A stretch of 64,000 nucleotides of DNA, taken from Patescibacteria group bacterium. Its GTDB lineage: Bacteria > Patescibacteriota > Minisyncoccia > Phycocordibacterales > UBA918. The translations under genes and the position numbers were made by a program. The stretch's first letter is position 1. Each line of letters opens with the position of its first letter. Positions 27,729-38,484 of the stretch are shown here, piece by piece. The notes below the pieces were generated by a model. It was not told the origin of the DNA. It worked only from the letters and a program-made list of their open reading frames with translations, and made no database searches. The stretch spans positions 4,739-68,738 of the forward strand of contig JAIELQ010000002.1 in NCBI GenBank assembly GCA_019752815.1, in the 5' to 3' direction.

Positions 27729-30584
27729 ATGGGTAAGATTACAGCGTATCACGGCAAGTATTTTGCATATGAACTTACTCGAGAATACTCGTCGGATGAT
27801 TTGCAAAAATTCACCCGTACTCTTTTGAATGCCAAAGTGGATTTAAATCCCCATCAGGTGGAGGCTGCACTGTTCGCATTTCGATCTCCGTTTTCGAAGG
27901 GTGCCATCCTCGCAGACGAAGTTGGTCTCGGGAAGACTATCGAAGCTGGTATTTTATTGTCTCAAAAATGGGCAGAGAAAAAGCGACACATCCTCCTTGT
28001 TATGCCCTCAAGCCTACGGAAACAGTGGCAACAAGAACTTGCAGATAAATTTTACTTACCATCGTTTATTTTGGAAGCGGGCACTTTTAATTCAATACGC
28101 AAAGCTGGTTCAAGCAATCCTTTTGATACAACTGAAAGAATTGTAATTTGTTCATACCACTTCGCAAAAGCAAAAGCAGAGTACATCCGTAAGGTAGATT
28201 GGGATATTGCGGTCCTTGATGAAGCGCATCGCTTGCGTAACGTATACAAAAAGGATAATAAAATTGCTAATGAGATCAAGGATGCACTAGCTGGAGTACC
28301 TAAAGTCTTACTCACGGCGACCCCACTTCAAAATTCATTGCTAGAGCTCTATGGGCTAGTCAGCTTAATCGATGAGCAAATATTTGGAGATATTGAGAGT
28401 TTCCGGTCCCAGTTTAGTCGCGCTGATGAAGATGGCTTACTTGATCTTCGTTCACGCATTCGTCCTGTCTGTCAGCGAACATTACGCAAACAGGTGCCAG
28501 ATATTCCTTACACAAACCGTATCGCAATCACTCAAGAGTTCGTTCCAACTGAGAAAGAACATCAGTTATACGAACACGTATCAAATTACCTGCAAAAAGG
28601 TGACCTGTATGCGTTACCGAAGTCCCAGCGCCATTTGATGACACTAATTCTACGTAAGTTATTAGCATCTTCATCTTTTGCTATTTCGAGCACTCTAGAT
28701 AAACTTGCTACTAAGCTTGAGCAGTATCTAGCCAGCGGTACACTTTTGGGTGATTTTGCTGATGTCCTCGATGAAGATGAGCGAGAGTTATATAATGAAC
28801 ACCAAGATGAGCACGCTGACGAGGAAGATGTTTCTAATGCTCCAACGTATACAGCTGAGCAGAAACAAGCAATAGAAAAGGAGATTCAAGAATTACGGCA
28901 CTTCCATAAGCTTGCAGAGGAGATTGAGCATAACGCTAAAGGAGATGCTCTTATTGAGGGATTACGACGTGGCTTTGAAGCGCTTCGGGCAAATTCTGCA
29001 CCAGATAAAGCAGTTATTTTTACCGAATCAACCCGCACCCAAAACTATTTGTTCGAGGTGCTAAATAGTATTCCAGATTATACCGGTAAGGTTTTGTTGT
29101 TTAACGGAAGCAATAATGACCAGCTTTCTAAACGTCTTTATGATGCATACCAAAAAAAGTATGCTGGCACTGAGCGTATCAGTGGTTCCCGGAGTGCTGA
29201 CACTCGTGCTGCAATAGTAGATGCTTTCCGCGATACAGGAATGATACTTATTGCTACAGAAGCGGCTGCTGAGGGTATAAACCTACAATTCTGTAGTTTG
29301 CTTGTGAATTATGACCTGCCATGGAATCCTCAACGCATTGAGCAACGAATTGGACGATGTCACCGCTACGGACAAAAATTTGACGTTGTCGTCATTAACT
29401 TTCTCAATAAAAAGAACGCTGCCGACCAACGAGTGTACGAGCTACTCAATGAGAAGTTTAAACTCTTTAATGGTGTATTTGGAGCAAGTGATGAAGTGCT
29501 TGGCGCCATTCAGTCAGGTGTTGATTTTGAAAAGCGTATCGTTGAAATCTACCAGACTTGCCGTAGTGAAGTGGAGATCAAGACAGCTTTTGATGCTCTT
29601 CGGGCAGAACTCGATGAACAGCTTACTAGTAAACTAACTGAAGCAAATAAAAAGCTATTCGAGCACTTTGACGAAGAAGTGCGTGAAAAACTTAAAGTTC
29701 AGGACGCGAATACAAAACAAGCACTCGCTACTCAGGAGCGGTATTTGTGGCAACTGGCACAACTGTATTTAAGTAACAGTGCTGTTTTTGAAGAAGGTGA
29801 ATATCGCCTTACACTCCACACTGCACCACGTGCCGATGTGCCTACCGGGGTGTATCATATGGATTACAGGAAGAACGAACCGCATCACTTCCGAATCGGC
29901 TGTCCATTAGCTGAATGGCTCCTTGAAACCGCTAAAAGCGCCGACACTCCGAACACTGTTTTAAAATTTGCCTACACAGGGTCAAATACTAAGATTTCTA
30001 CTCTAGAGCCACTCGTAGGCAAGAAAGGGGTATTGTCGCTGAATCTACTCACTGTAGCTGGTGCTGACAATCAAGAGCTCCTTGTATTTGCAGGTCAGAC
30101 AGCGAGTGGTCATGAACTTGATGCTGATCAATGCTATCGACTGTTTTCATTACCAGCTACCACTACAGGTGCTGAAGCTGTAGCTAATGAACAGTTGCAA
30201 AAGATTTTTGAAAAGAAGCAGCATGTGATCATGACAGATATTGCTGAACGAAACAGTAAATATTTTAATGAAGAGTCAATGAAGCTTGAAAAGTGGGCAG
30301 ACGATAAAAAAGCCTCCCTTGAGAAGGAGATGAAAGATACCAAGATTCGTATGCGAGAACTCAATCGCGAAGCCAGGCAAGAAAAAGACATGCAAAAGCA
30401 ACTTGAGATTCAAAAAAGACTCAAAGAAACAGAGCGAAAACTACGAATACTACGCCAAAACATTTTTCAAGCCGAAGATGAAATTGAGACTGAACGCGAG
30501 CGTCTCATTGCTACACTAGAAGAAAAGCTTAAGCAGAGCACAGCTGTAACGCCAATTTTTAGCATTGAGTGGGAACTCGTTTAA
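27729..30584 (+). CDS. SNF2-family helicase.
   Basis: Helicase motif I (ADEVGLGKT), DEAH box (VLDEAHRLRN) and SNF2 C-terminal helicase motifs (LIATEAAAEGINLQ...QRIGRCHRYGQ). The C-terminus has a ~300-aa coiled-coil-rich extension. Confidence 0.8.
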   Translation: MGKITAYHGKYFAYELTREYSSDDLQKFTRTLLNAKVDLNPHQVEAALFAFRSPFSKGAILADEVGLGKTIEAGILLSQKWAEKKRHILLVMPSSLRKQWQQELADKFYLPSFILEAGTFNSIRKAGSSNPFDTTERIVICSYHFAKAKAEYIRKVDWDIAVLDEAHRLRNVYKKDNKIANEIKDALAGVPKVLLTATPLQNSLLELYGLVSLIDEQIFGDIESFRSQFSRADEDGLLDLRSRIRPVCQRTLRKQVPDIPYTNRIAITQEFVPTEKEHQLYEHVSNYLQKGDLYALPKSQRHLMTLILRKLLASSSFAISSTLDKLATKLEQYLASGTLLGDFADVLDEDERELYNEHQDEHADEEDVSNAPTYTAEQKQAIEKEIQELRHFHKLAEEIEHNAKGDALIEGLRRGFEALRANSAPDKAVIFTESTRTQNYLFEVLNSIPDYTGKVLLFNGSNNDQLSKRLYDAYQKKYAGTERISGSRSADTRAAIVDAFRDTGMILIATEAAAEGINLQFCSLLVNYDLPWNPQRIEQRIGRCHRYGQKFDVVVINFLNKKNAADQRVYELLNEKFKLFNGVFGASDEVLGAIQSGVDFEKRIVEIYQTCRSEVEIKTAFDALRAELDEQLTSKLTEANKKLFEHFDEEVREKLKVQDANTKQALATQERYLWQLAQLYLSNSAVFEEGEYRLTLHTAPRADVPTGVYHMDYRKNEPHHFRIGCPLAEWLLETAKSADTPNTVLKFAYTGSNTKISTLEPLVGKKGVLSLNLLTVAGADNQELLVFAGQTASGHELDADQCYRLFSLPATTTGAEAVANEQLQKIFEKKQHVIMTDIAERNSKYFNEESMKLEKWADDKKASLEKEMKDTKIRMRELNREARQEKDMQKQLEIQKRLKETERKLRILRQNIFQAEDEIETERERLIATLEEKLKQSTAVTPIFSIEWELV

Positions 30585-33500
30585 TTACAATCGTATGGAA
30601 AATAATTTAGAAAAATTCAAAAACACACTCAGGGTCATCTTTCAAATTGACCGTGCTGACCTTGATTTCGGTATTTACCGCATTTTAAACCAGAAACATA
30701 GGGAGATTGAAAGTTTTCTTGAACAAGACTTACTCCCGCAAGTAAAAAAAGAACTAGCTACCTACGAAGCTGGTGACTTAGCAGAACTTTCACGCGAACT
30801 CGATGAGAAGGTAGCAAAATTTCGTGCCGATGGATTCACTGACGATCAAATTAGTGCTAACGAAAAAATCTCAGAATTGCGCGACAAGCTAAAAACCGCA
30901 GATCGTGTAGCGACACTTGAAAGTGAAGTTTTTTCACACCTACTTCGCTTTTTTGAACGGTATTACGAAGAGGGAGACTTTATCAGCAAACGACGCTACA
31001 AGGACGGTGTCTATGCTATTCCGTATGAAGGGGAGGAGGTAAAGTTGTACTGGGCAAACCACGATCAGTACTACATTAAAACCAGTGAACGCTTCAAAGA
31101 CTTTTCATTCAAAGTAGGTGACAAAGGTGTCCACTTTAAAATTCGTGAAGCCGAAACAGATACAAACAATAATAAAAACATCACTGGTAAGGACCGACGG
31201 TTTGTGCTTTGTGCTGAGGATTTTTGGCAAGAAGATGGCGCCGTGCTTAATATTTTCTTTGAGTATGCCAGCGTTGATGGAAAAAAGAAGCAAGAGGAGT
31301 GTAGCAAGGAATCTGTTGAGCGTATTCTTTCTGACATACCTACTCATTGGAAGACTGTTCTCGGTGCTTTGGCTCCAACAGAGAAGCAGAAAGACCGTAC
31401 TACGTTGGAAAAATTCTTGACCTCGTATACCGCGCGAAACACCTTTGACTATTTCATTCATAAGGATCTTGGTACCTTCCTAACACGCGAACTAGACTTC
31501 TACATCAAGAATGAAGTGATGTTTCTTGATGATATTGAGAACGAGACCGTCCCACGCGCAGAGCAATATCTTGCCAAGGTAAAAGTAATTCGTGCCATTG
31601 GAAAAAAGATTATTCGTCTACTTGCACAACTCGAGGACTTCCAGAAGAAGCTATGGGAGAAGAAGAAATTTGTGGTTGGTACTGGGTACTGCATTACACT
31701 GGATTTGATCCCAGAACGATTTTACGATGCTATTTTAGAAAGTGAAGCACAGCGCAACGAATGGAAGCAGCTCGGCTTTGTCGATGACACAACATCGCTA
31801 GATCATGAGTACCTACGGTCACATCCGACACTTTCCATTGATACAAAATTCTTCCCAGAATGGCGAGATGGGCTTTTGGCTACGTTCGATAATCTTGATG
31901 AGCGAGTGAATGGCGTGATGATTAATTCTGAGAATTTTGGTGCCCTTAATTTACTCCAAGAACGATACAGCGAGCAGGTCAAAACAATCTATATTGATCC
32001 ACCTTACAATACATCAGCAAGTGAAATTTTGTATAAAAATGAGTATAAGCATTCAAGCTGGTTGTCATTAATGCAAAATAGACTCGATGAGAGTAAAAGC
32101 TTGTTACATTCATCTGGAGCCATATGCGTTGCCATTGATGATGAGGAAGTATCTGTCATTAAGACACTACTGACGGGTACATTTGATAAGAATTTAGGGA
32201 CAGTACTTGTTCGTTCAAATCCAGTGGGTAGAAAAACTACTGGTAAATTTACACCTAACCATGAATATGCGCTGTTCTTCGGTAAGACTGAGTCAGTTTC
32301 CCCATCAAGCATTACAGATCCTGAAAAGGGAGTAGAAAGATATCCACTTATAGATGGTACAGGTAGATACTCCTGGTTAAATTTTATTAGAGCTGGAAAT
32401 AATGATAGACGAGAAGATAGTCCACGCATGTATTATCCCATTGTTGTAACTCCTGATGATAAAATTCGAATACCTGAAATGCGATGGATTTCCGCTGTTG
32501 CCGGTTATGAAATCACAGAGAAATTGCATGAAGGAGAGGTAGTTATATACCCAATCAAACTTGAAAACGGTATTTCAATTGAAAAAAATTGGCAACGTGG
32601 ATTCGAAAGAGTTTCGACCGAGATCGACGAATACCGTGTGAGAAGAACTCCGACGGGTATATCAATTGATTTCAAAGCTAGAATGGATATGAATGCTGCT
32701 CCCAACACTTGGTGGGGCGATAGTAAGTATGCTTCAGCGAACTACGGTGCAGCTGAACTAAAGAGTCTATTTACTGATAATCCTTTCAGTTATCCTAAAG
32801 CTTGCGCATTAGTGAAAGATTGTATTACAGCAGCTGGGCTTAAAGATAGCAATGGGTTAATCATCGACTACTTCACTGGCTCAGGGACAACTGGTCATGC
32901 TGTACTGAAATTAAATAGTGAAGACAATAAAAATGAACCCGGGAGTGGTCAACGTAAATACATTCTCGTTGAAATGGGAGCATACTTCGATACGGTTACT
33001 AAGCCACGCATGCAAAAGGTGGTATATTCAGACGAATGGTCAGCAGGGAAGCCGCAGGACGATGGTGCCACTGGGACACGCGAACACATCATCAAATACT
33101 TCAAGCTAGAAAGCTACGAAGATACACTTAATAATCTTGAACTGTTGCGGTCCGACGACCAGCAAGCTACACTTGATCAACACCCGCATTTCCGTGAAGA
33201 CTACACACTTGGTTACATGCTCGATGTTGAAGCTCGGGGTAGCGTGTTGCGCCTAGATGCGTTTCGCAATCCTTTTGCATATACCATCAAACTTGCAACT
33301 GATGTAGTAGGAGAAAGTCGCGAGACACCTGTAGACTTGGTAGAAACATTCAATTACCTCATTGGACTTAAAACAGCTTCGGTGCGCCGGCATGGTGAAC
33401 ATTTACTAGTGGTAGAAGGCGAAACTCGTGGTGGAGAAAAAACACTTGTTATCTGGCGTAATCAAGAGATAGTTACTAATGACGGACTCGATGATTTCTT

Positions 33501-33648
33501 CAAGAAGCAGAACTATAGCACGACCGACTTTGAGTTTGATCGAGTATACGTAAATGGAGACAACAATCTAGAAAACCTGAAATCAGACAGTGATCAGTGG
33601 AAGGTAGTAACGATTGAAGAAGAATTCCATAAGCGAATGTTTGCGTAG
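30565..33648 (+). CDS. N6-adenine DNA methyltransferase, beta-class and Mod-like, with a ~470-aa N-terminal extension.
   Basis: Motif IV (IYIDPPYNT) at ~aa 478 precedes motif I (DYFTGSGTTGHAV) at ~aa 770, with a ~290-aa TRD-like spacer between them. The start overlaps the SNF2 stop. Confidence 0.7.
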   Translation: MSGNSFNYNRMENNLEKFKNTLRVIFQIDRADLDFGIYRILNQKHREIESFLEQDLLPQVKKELATYEAGDLAELSRELDEKVAKFRADGFTDDQISANEKISELRDKLKTADRVATLESEVFSHLLRFFERYYEEGDFISKRRYKDGVYAIPYEGEEVKLYWANHDQYYIKTSERFKDFSFKVGDKGVHFKIREAETDTNNNKNITGKDRRFVLCAEDFWQEDGAVLNIFFEYASVDGKKKQEECSKESVERILSDIPTHWKTVLGALAPTEKQKDRTTLEKFLTSYTARNTFDYFIHKDLGTFLTRELDFYIKNEVMFLDDIENETVPRAEQYLAKVKVIRAIGKKIIRLLAQLEDFQKKLWEKKKFVVGTGYCITLDLIPERFYDAILESEAQRNEWKQLGFVDDTTSLDHEYLRSHPTLSIDTKFFPEWRDGLLATFDNLDERVNGVMINSENFGALNLLQERYSEQVKTIYIDPPYNTSASEILYKNEYKHSSWLSLMQNRLDESKSLLHSSGAICVAIDDEEVSVIKTLLTGTFDKNLGTVLVRSNPVGRKTTGKFTPNHEYALFFGKTESVSPSSITDPEKGVERYPLIDGTGRYSWLNFIRAGNNDRREDSPRMYYPIVVTPDDKIRIPEMRWISAVAGYEITEKLHEGEVVIYPIKLENGISIEKNWQRGFERVSTEIDEYRVRRTPTGISIDFKARMDMNAAPNTWWGDSKYASANYGAAELKSLFTDNPFSYPKACALVKDCITAAGLKDSNGLIIDYFTGSGTTGHAVLKLNSEDNKNEPGSGQRKYILVEMGAYFDTVTKPRMQKVVYSDEWSAGKPQDDGATGTREHIIKYFKLESYEDTLNNLELLRSDDQQATLDQHPHFREDYTLGYMLDVEARGSVLRLDAFRNPFAYTIKLATDVVGESRETPVDLVETFNYLIGLKTASVRRHGEHLLVVEGETRGGEKTLVIWRNQEIVTNDGLDDFFKKQNYSTTDFEFDRVYVNGDNNLENLKSDSDQWKVVTIEEEFHKRMFA

Positions 33649-33651
33649 GAT

Positions 33652-36600
33652 ATGGCAAAGAAAGCAGCACCAAAAAAATCACTGCGTTTTGATCAACGAC
33701 TCGTGTTACAACGATGGTTTTTGTCGCTGTTTGATGTCGCAAAATTTGAAGATTTAGCAAAAGATCTCAAAGACCCACGCTACGAAGGTTACACCGAAGA
33801 TAATCAGTCTCACTTTTACCATCATCTGACAGCTCGAACTGCTCCGTTTAGTGGTATCAGTAAGGAACAGTTATTACGGTATGACGAAAATATCTTCTCA
33901 CATACTCTGCGCATCAGTGAACGTCGCCCGAGGCGAGTAACATGGAAATATTTCCAGTATCTTTCACTTTTAGCTACCGAAGTATATTTAGATCGTTGGT
34001 TCACAAATAAAGGAGAATTATGTGCTGACCTTAATGCCTATCTAACGACTTTCAATGATGAGCTACCTGTAAGTGATCAGGTAGAGCCATTCACTGTAGC
34101 TGGTCTATCAAAATTAGCGTTTTGGTCTGCAACAGGTAGTGGGAAGACACTGCTAATGCATGTGCACCTTTTACAGTATCTCCACTATGCGAAAAAACAT
34201 CGAGTAGAAAAAGACATCAATAAAGTCATCCTTATCACACCAAATGAAGGTTTGTCTTCCCAGCACTTAGACGAACTCAGCCTTTCAAGCATCCCGGCTC
34301 GGATTTTTACTAAAGGTAACGAGACAACGTCGCTATTCGCAGGCTTCGGAAATGAAAAACCTGTTGAAATCATCGAATATACAAAACTTAAAGAAGAGAG
34401 TAAGGAGAAAACGGTAGCACTTGAAGCCTTTGAGCATAACAATCTCGTATTTATTGACGAAGGACACAAAGGGGCAGGCGGCGATGTGATTAAACGTTAT
34501 CGCGATACACTATCCGAAGACGGTTTTGCATTTGAGTATTCAGCCACATTCGGTCAGTCGATTAAGGCTGCATCTACAGGTAAGCGAAAGCTATTAGAGC
34601 AGGAGTATGCCAAAGCCATTCTTTTTGATTACTCATACCGTTACTTCTATCGAGATGGATATGGTAAAGACTATAAAATTTTGAACCTGCCGGACGACCA
34701 AGCGTTCGATGAAGCAATCAGACGTTTGTATCTCACAGCTGGACTTTTAACATTCTACCAACAGACAAGGCTCTACACCGATGACACAAAGGCATGGAAA
34801 GCGTTCTTACTGGAGCGACCGTTGTGGGTCTTTGTTGGTGGCAAAGTAACTGCAGTTCGTAAGGAAGGTGGGCGTGAAGTATCTGATGTTGTTGAAATTA
34901 TTTTATTCATTAATGACTTTTTAGAGAATAAAAACGAAAGCAAGCGACTACTGAAAGGACTTATGGACGGCAAGACCGGACTTACAGACACAGCAGGTCG
35001 TGACGTATTTGCGTCATCTTTTGGCTACATACAGACTCTGGGACTATCTACCGAAGATTTGTACAACAACATTATAGAGTCCGTATTTCGTTCACGTGGT
35101 GGTCAACTACATCTTGATAATCTAAAAGGTGTCGATGGTGAGATTGGTGTACGCGTAGGGACGGGCGAGTACTTCGGTGTTATTAACGTTGGTGACGACA
35201 AGGAGCTTTTAAAGCTTTGTGAGACAAGTGGTATTAATACTGCCGAAGTTGAGTTCAGATCATCGCTCTTTAGAAAGATTAATGACGATGACTCAACAGT
35301 TAATCTTTTGATTGGTTCAAAAAAGTTTACTGAAGGGTGGAGTAGTTGGCGTGTAAGTTTGATGGGTCTGATGCATATTGGTCGCAGTGAAGGCTCAGAA
35401 ATCATCCAGCTGTTTGGTCGTGGAGTGCGTTTAAAGGGCAAAAACTGGTCTCTGAAGCGCAGTAAAGCAATTGAGGGTAGTAATGCGCCAAAACACATTC
35501 AGGTGCTCGAAACGCTCAATATTTTTGGTGTTCGTGCTGACTATATGCGCACCTTCAAGGAATATCTCGAGGAGGAAGGATTGCCGACTACAGATACAAT
35601 CGAAGTTGTATTACCTACACTTCGTACATTTGACCCAAATCGCAAACTTAAAGTACTACGCATTCGTGATGGAGTAAGTTTCAAGCGAGATGGTGGCAAA
35701 GTAGACTTCTCCTTGACGGTCGATAAACGCATTGCTCCAGTTGAACTCGATTGCTATCCGAAGCTTCAAGCCTTGGTTGGTGGTGTATCGCAAGGAATTA
35801 CTACTGATCCAGATGTGGGTATTTTTTCACCTGTTCACTTAGCATTCTTCAACTACACTGAGCTCTACTTCGAACTGCAAAAGTATAAAAACGAAAAGAA
35901 TTGGTACAACGTAAATATTACTGCGGAAAGTATCCAGAACCTACTGCTCGATACATCATGGTATCGCTTATACATCCCACACCAGCAATTGACCATGGGG
36001 GACTATTCACGTGTACGTTACTGGCAAGAAATTGCTCTATCATTACTCAAGAAGTACTTAGTGGCATTGTACAACTATCGTAAAGCAGAATGGGAAGAAC
36101 CATATCTTGAGTATCAGGACATGCGTTCTGATGATCCTAATTTTGTTGATGAATACCGAGTGAATGTACCCGATGATGCAGACCACAACGTAGCACTAGA
36201 TAAGATACGCTTGCTCGAGAAACTACTACTCCAACTGAAGAGAGAAAATAAAAACGAAGTGCCAGACGTACAATCGTTTGCTGCAGGTAGTTTCGTACCA
36301 TTTACGTTTGATCGTCACCTCTACCACCCGCTCATTCATATCGACGAAAGTATTGGTATGCAGATAACGGTAAAACCAGTTCACTTAAACGAAGGCGAGC
36401 ATCGTTTTGTTTTAGATTTGCAGCAGTTCTACAACGAGCAACCTGACGCGTTTGCTGGTAAGGAACTTTTTTTGCTTCGCAATAAGTCAAAAGAAGGAAT
36501 TGGGTTTTTTGAAGCGGGTAACTTCTATCCCGACTTCATCATGTGGCTTGTTGACGAGATGACCCAACACGTAGTATTTATTGATCCAAAAGGTATTCGT

Positions 36601-36840
36601 AATTTGGATATATCTGATGATCTTAAGCTGAACTTTCATGCCAAACTAAAGGAAAAAGAAGCCCGACTGGGTGAGCCAAATATCAAATTACACTCGTATA
36701 TCATTTCACGCACTCCATTTGATCTACTCATCAATTACAAATCGGACCAATCTTCACTTGAAGCAAAAAATATTTTATTCCAGCACCAAGGCAGTGATTA
36801 CGTACGCAAGATGTTAAGCAAGGTGCTTATAGAGGAGTAG
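33652..36840 (+). CDS. Res-like DEAH helicase with a C-terminal PD-(D/E)xK-type nuclease motif (a Type III Res-like subunit).
   Basis: Walker A (WSATGSGKT) and motif II (FIDEGHK) in the N-terminal third. Near the C-terminus a YPDF...VVFIDPKG (PD...DxK) motif. The start lies 4 nt after the methyltransferase stop. Confidence 0.6.
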   Translation: MAKKAAPKKSLRFDQRLVLQRWFLSLFDVAKFEDLAKDLKDPRYEGYTEDNQSHFYHHLTARTAPFSGISKEQLLRYDENIFSHTLRISERRPRRVTWKYFQYLSLLATEVYLDRWFTNKGELCADLNAYLTTFNDELPVSDQVEPFTVAGLSKLAFWSATGSGKTLLMHVHLLQYLHYAKKHRVEKDINKVILITPNEGLSSQHLDELSLSSIPARIFTKGNETTSLFAGFGNEKPVEIIEYTKLKEESKEKTVALEAFEHNNLVFIDEGHKGAGGDVIKRYRDTLSEDGFAFEYSATFGQSIKAASTGKRKLLEQEYAKAILFDYSYRYFYRDGYGKDYKILNLPDDQAFDEAIRRLYLTAGLLTFYQQTRLYTDDTKAWKAFLLERPLWVFVGGKVTAVRKEGGREVSDVVEIILFINDFLENKNESKRLLKGLMDGKTGLTDTAGRDVFASSFGYIQTLGLSTEDLYNNIIESVFRSRGGQLHLDNLKGVDGEIGVRVGTGEYFGVINVGDDKELLKLCETSGINTAEVEFRSSLFRKINDDDSTVNLLIGSKKFTEGWSSWRVSLMGLMHIGRSEGSEIIQLFGRGVRLKGKNWSLKRSKAIEGSNAPKHIQVLETLNIFGVRADYMRTFKEYLEEEGLPTTDTIEVVLPTLRTFDPNRKLKVLRIRDGVSFKRDGGKVDFSLTVDKRIAPVELDCYPKLQALVGGVSQGITTDPDVGIFSPVHLAFFNYTELYFELQKYKNEKNWYNVNITAESIQNLLLDTSWYRLYIPHQQLTMGDYSRVRYWQEIALSLLKKYLVALYNYRKAEWEEPYLEYQDMRSDDPNFVDEYRVNVPDDADHNVALDKIRLLEKLLLQLKRENKNEVPDVQSFAAGSFVPFTFDRHLYHPLIHIDESIGMQITVKPVHLNEGEHRFVLDLQQFYNEQPDAFAGKELFLLRNKSKEGIGFFEAGNFYPDFIMWLVDEMTQHVVFIDPKGIRNLDISDDLKLNFHAKLKEKEARLGEPNIKLHSYIISRTPFDLLINYKSDQSSLEAKNILFQHQGSDYVRKMLSKVLIEE

Positions 36841-36850
36841 TTCGATTAGT

Positions 36851-37420
36851 ATGCCTAAATATGTTTTAACACCCGAATACCTTTCTGAGTTAGAACATTT
36901 TTTGGATGAGTTAACGTCACAAGAACAAAAGACAATCATCACGGTATATTTACGGCTGTGTTCAGATTACATCAATAACACTCTATCTGGTAAGACCGAA
37001 ACATACATACTGCCTAAAAGTACTGCTTTTATTATTCGTGCAAAATATGGCGTTCGGGTTCATTTGTTTACGCGGATATTTGATGACTCACCTCATTACA
37101 ACAAAGCACGAAGCCTAGGTATTTTAAGTTTTGATGCCGGTTTATGGTCTGCGCTGCATGATAAGCACCCTGGTCAAACTTATACATTCAGTGCTGGGGA
37201 TGGAGCAAAAACACAACATGGTGAAATATTTTTTAGAACAAAGTCCACTAAGCAGAAACACAGGTTACACCCGGATGAACTTCAAAAATTAAAAAATACC
37301 TTACCGAAATCTAACAGTAAGGTGAAAAACACAAAATCAGCTGGGAAATATAAAACGTATAAATTCATCCCAAAAGATTCGCCTGAGCCCGTGTTCTACA
37401 GAAAGAAGCAAATTTTATGA
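36851..37420 (+). CDS. Hypothetical protein of 189 aa.
   Basis: The stop overlaps the next start (ATGA). No recognisable motifs. Confidence 0.4.
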   Translation: MPKYVLTPEYLSELEHFLDELTSQEQKTIITVYLRLCSDYINNTLSGKTETYILPKSTAFIIRAKYGVRVHLFTRIFDDSPHYNKARSLGILSFDAGLWSALHDKHPGQTYTFSAGDGAKTQHGEIFFRTKSTKQKHRLHPDELQKLKNTLPKSNSKVKNTKSAGKYKTYKFIPKDSPEPVFYRKKQIL

Positions 37421-38148
37421 AAAAGAGACTGTCACAATCGACAATAGAAAAACTTAATTATTACGTATACGCTCTTATCGATCCTCGGTCAGACAAGGTG
37501 TTTTATGTAGGTAAAGGAAAGGGGAACCGCATTTATGCCCACGTAGAAGCTTCAGAGTCAGTGGATACGAATGAAGTGATGAAGATAGCAAAAATACGGG
37601 AAATTCGGGCGGCAAAAAAAGATGTAAAACATGTTGTTATTCGTCACGGACTGACAGAAGACCAAGCTTTTGCTGTTGAAGCTGCCGTGATTGACTATGT
37701 TGAGTCAGTTCAGAAGCAACAACTTACAAACCTCATGTCAGGACACTACACGGCTGAAGCTGGAATTCGCACCATTGAAGATATCGAAATCCAGTATGAG
37801 GCGAAGCCAGCTATCTTTAGTGAACCAATAATGCTTATTCGTGTGAATAGGCATTATAAACACGGCATCACAGATAAAGAGCTTTATAACGTTACCCGGC
37901 AGCATTGGCGCGTTGGTCCGCGTGCTTTCCAAATTAAGTACGCGTGCGCTGTTTACCTTGGTATTATTCGTGAAGTGTATGAAATCAAATCATGGACACC
38001 TACGGAAGTAATTAATGGACATCAGCGTCACGGGTTTAATGGACGTATAGCATCAAAAGAAGTCAGGGATAAGTATCGATACACGTCAGTAAAGCACTTG
38101 TTTAAACAAGGGCACCAAAGCTCGATCGTCTATGCAGAGCCAAACTAA
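37417..38148 (+). CDS. GIY-YIG nuclease domain protein.
   Basis: The N-terminal sequence YYVYALIDPRSDKVFYVGKGKGNRIYAHV matches the GIY-YIG signature (GIY...YVG...R...H). Confidence 0.55.
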   Translation: MKKRLSQSTIEKLNYYVYALIDPRSDKVFYVGKGKGNRIYAHVEASESVDTNEVMKIAKIREIRAAKKDVKHVVIRHGLTEDQAFAVEAAVIDYVESVQKQQLTNLMSGHYTAEAGIRTIEDIEIQYEAKPAIFSEPIMLIRVNRHYKHGITDKELYNVTRQHWRVGPRAFQIKYACAVYLGIIREVYEIKSWTPTEVINGHQRHGFNGRIASKEVRDKYRYTSVKHLFKQGHQSSIVYAEPN

Positions 38149-38298
38149 CAAAGATGCACACTAAAATGAAAATGCCTCATATACCAGAGACGTACAGACC
38201 CGTTATATCGATTGAGCAGTATCGTGCTCTAACCAACGACCATAAATCACCAGACGATTTGATTACACGGCGAATCTTCTACATAGAGCGTTTGTGTC

Positions 38299-38484
38299 GT
38301 GGTGTCATTCAGCAAGAACTACGTAATACCTATGCGGATAAGTGATGAACACATGAACGAGTTTATACGCCTTTATGAAGAAAAGTTCGGCGTTAAACTC
38401 GAATACCAGGAAGCCTACGATAAAGCCTCACGTTTACTTCGTTTCGTTGAGATAGTCGAGTCGGAAGGGTACAAGCAGAGCTAA
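38299..38484 (+). CDS. Small hypothetical ORF; possibly part of a frameshifted gene together with 38154-38345.
   Basis: Two overlapping short ORFs sit in different frames. No RBS is evident. Confidence 0.2.
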   Translation: MVSFSKNYVIPMRISDEHMNEFIRLYEEKFGVKLEYQEAYDKASRLLRFVEIVESEGYKQS

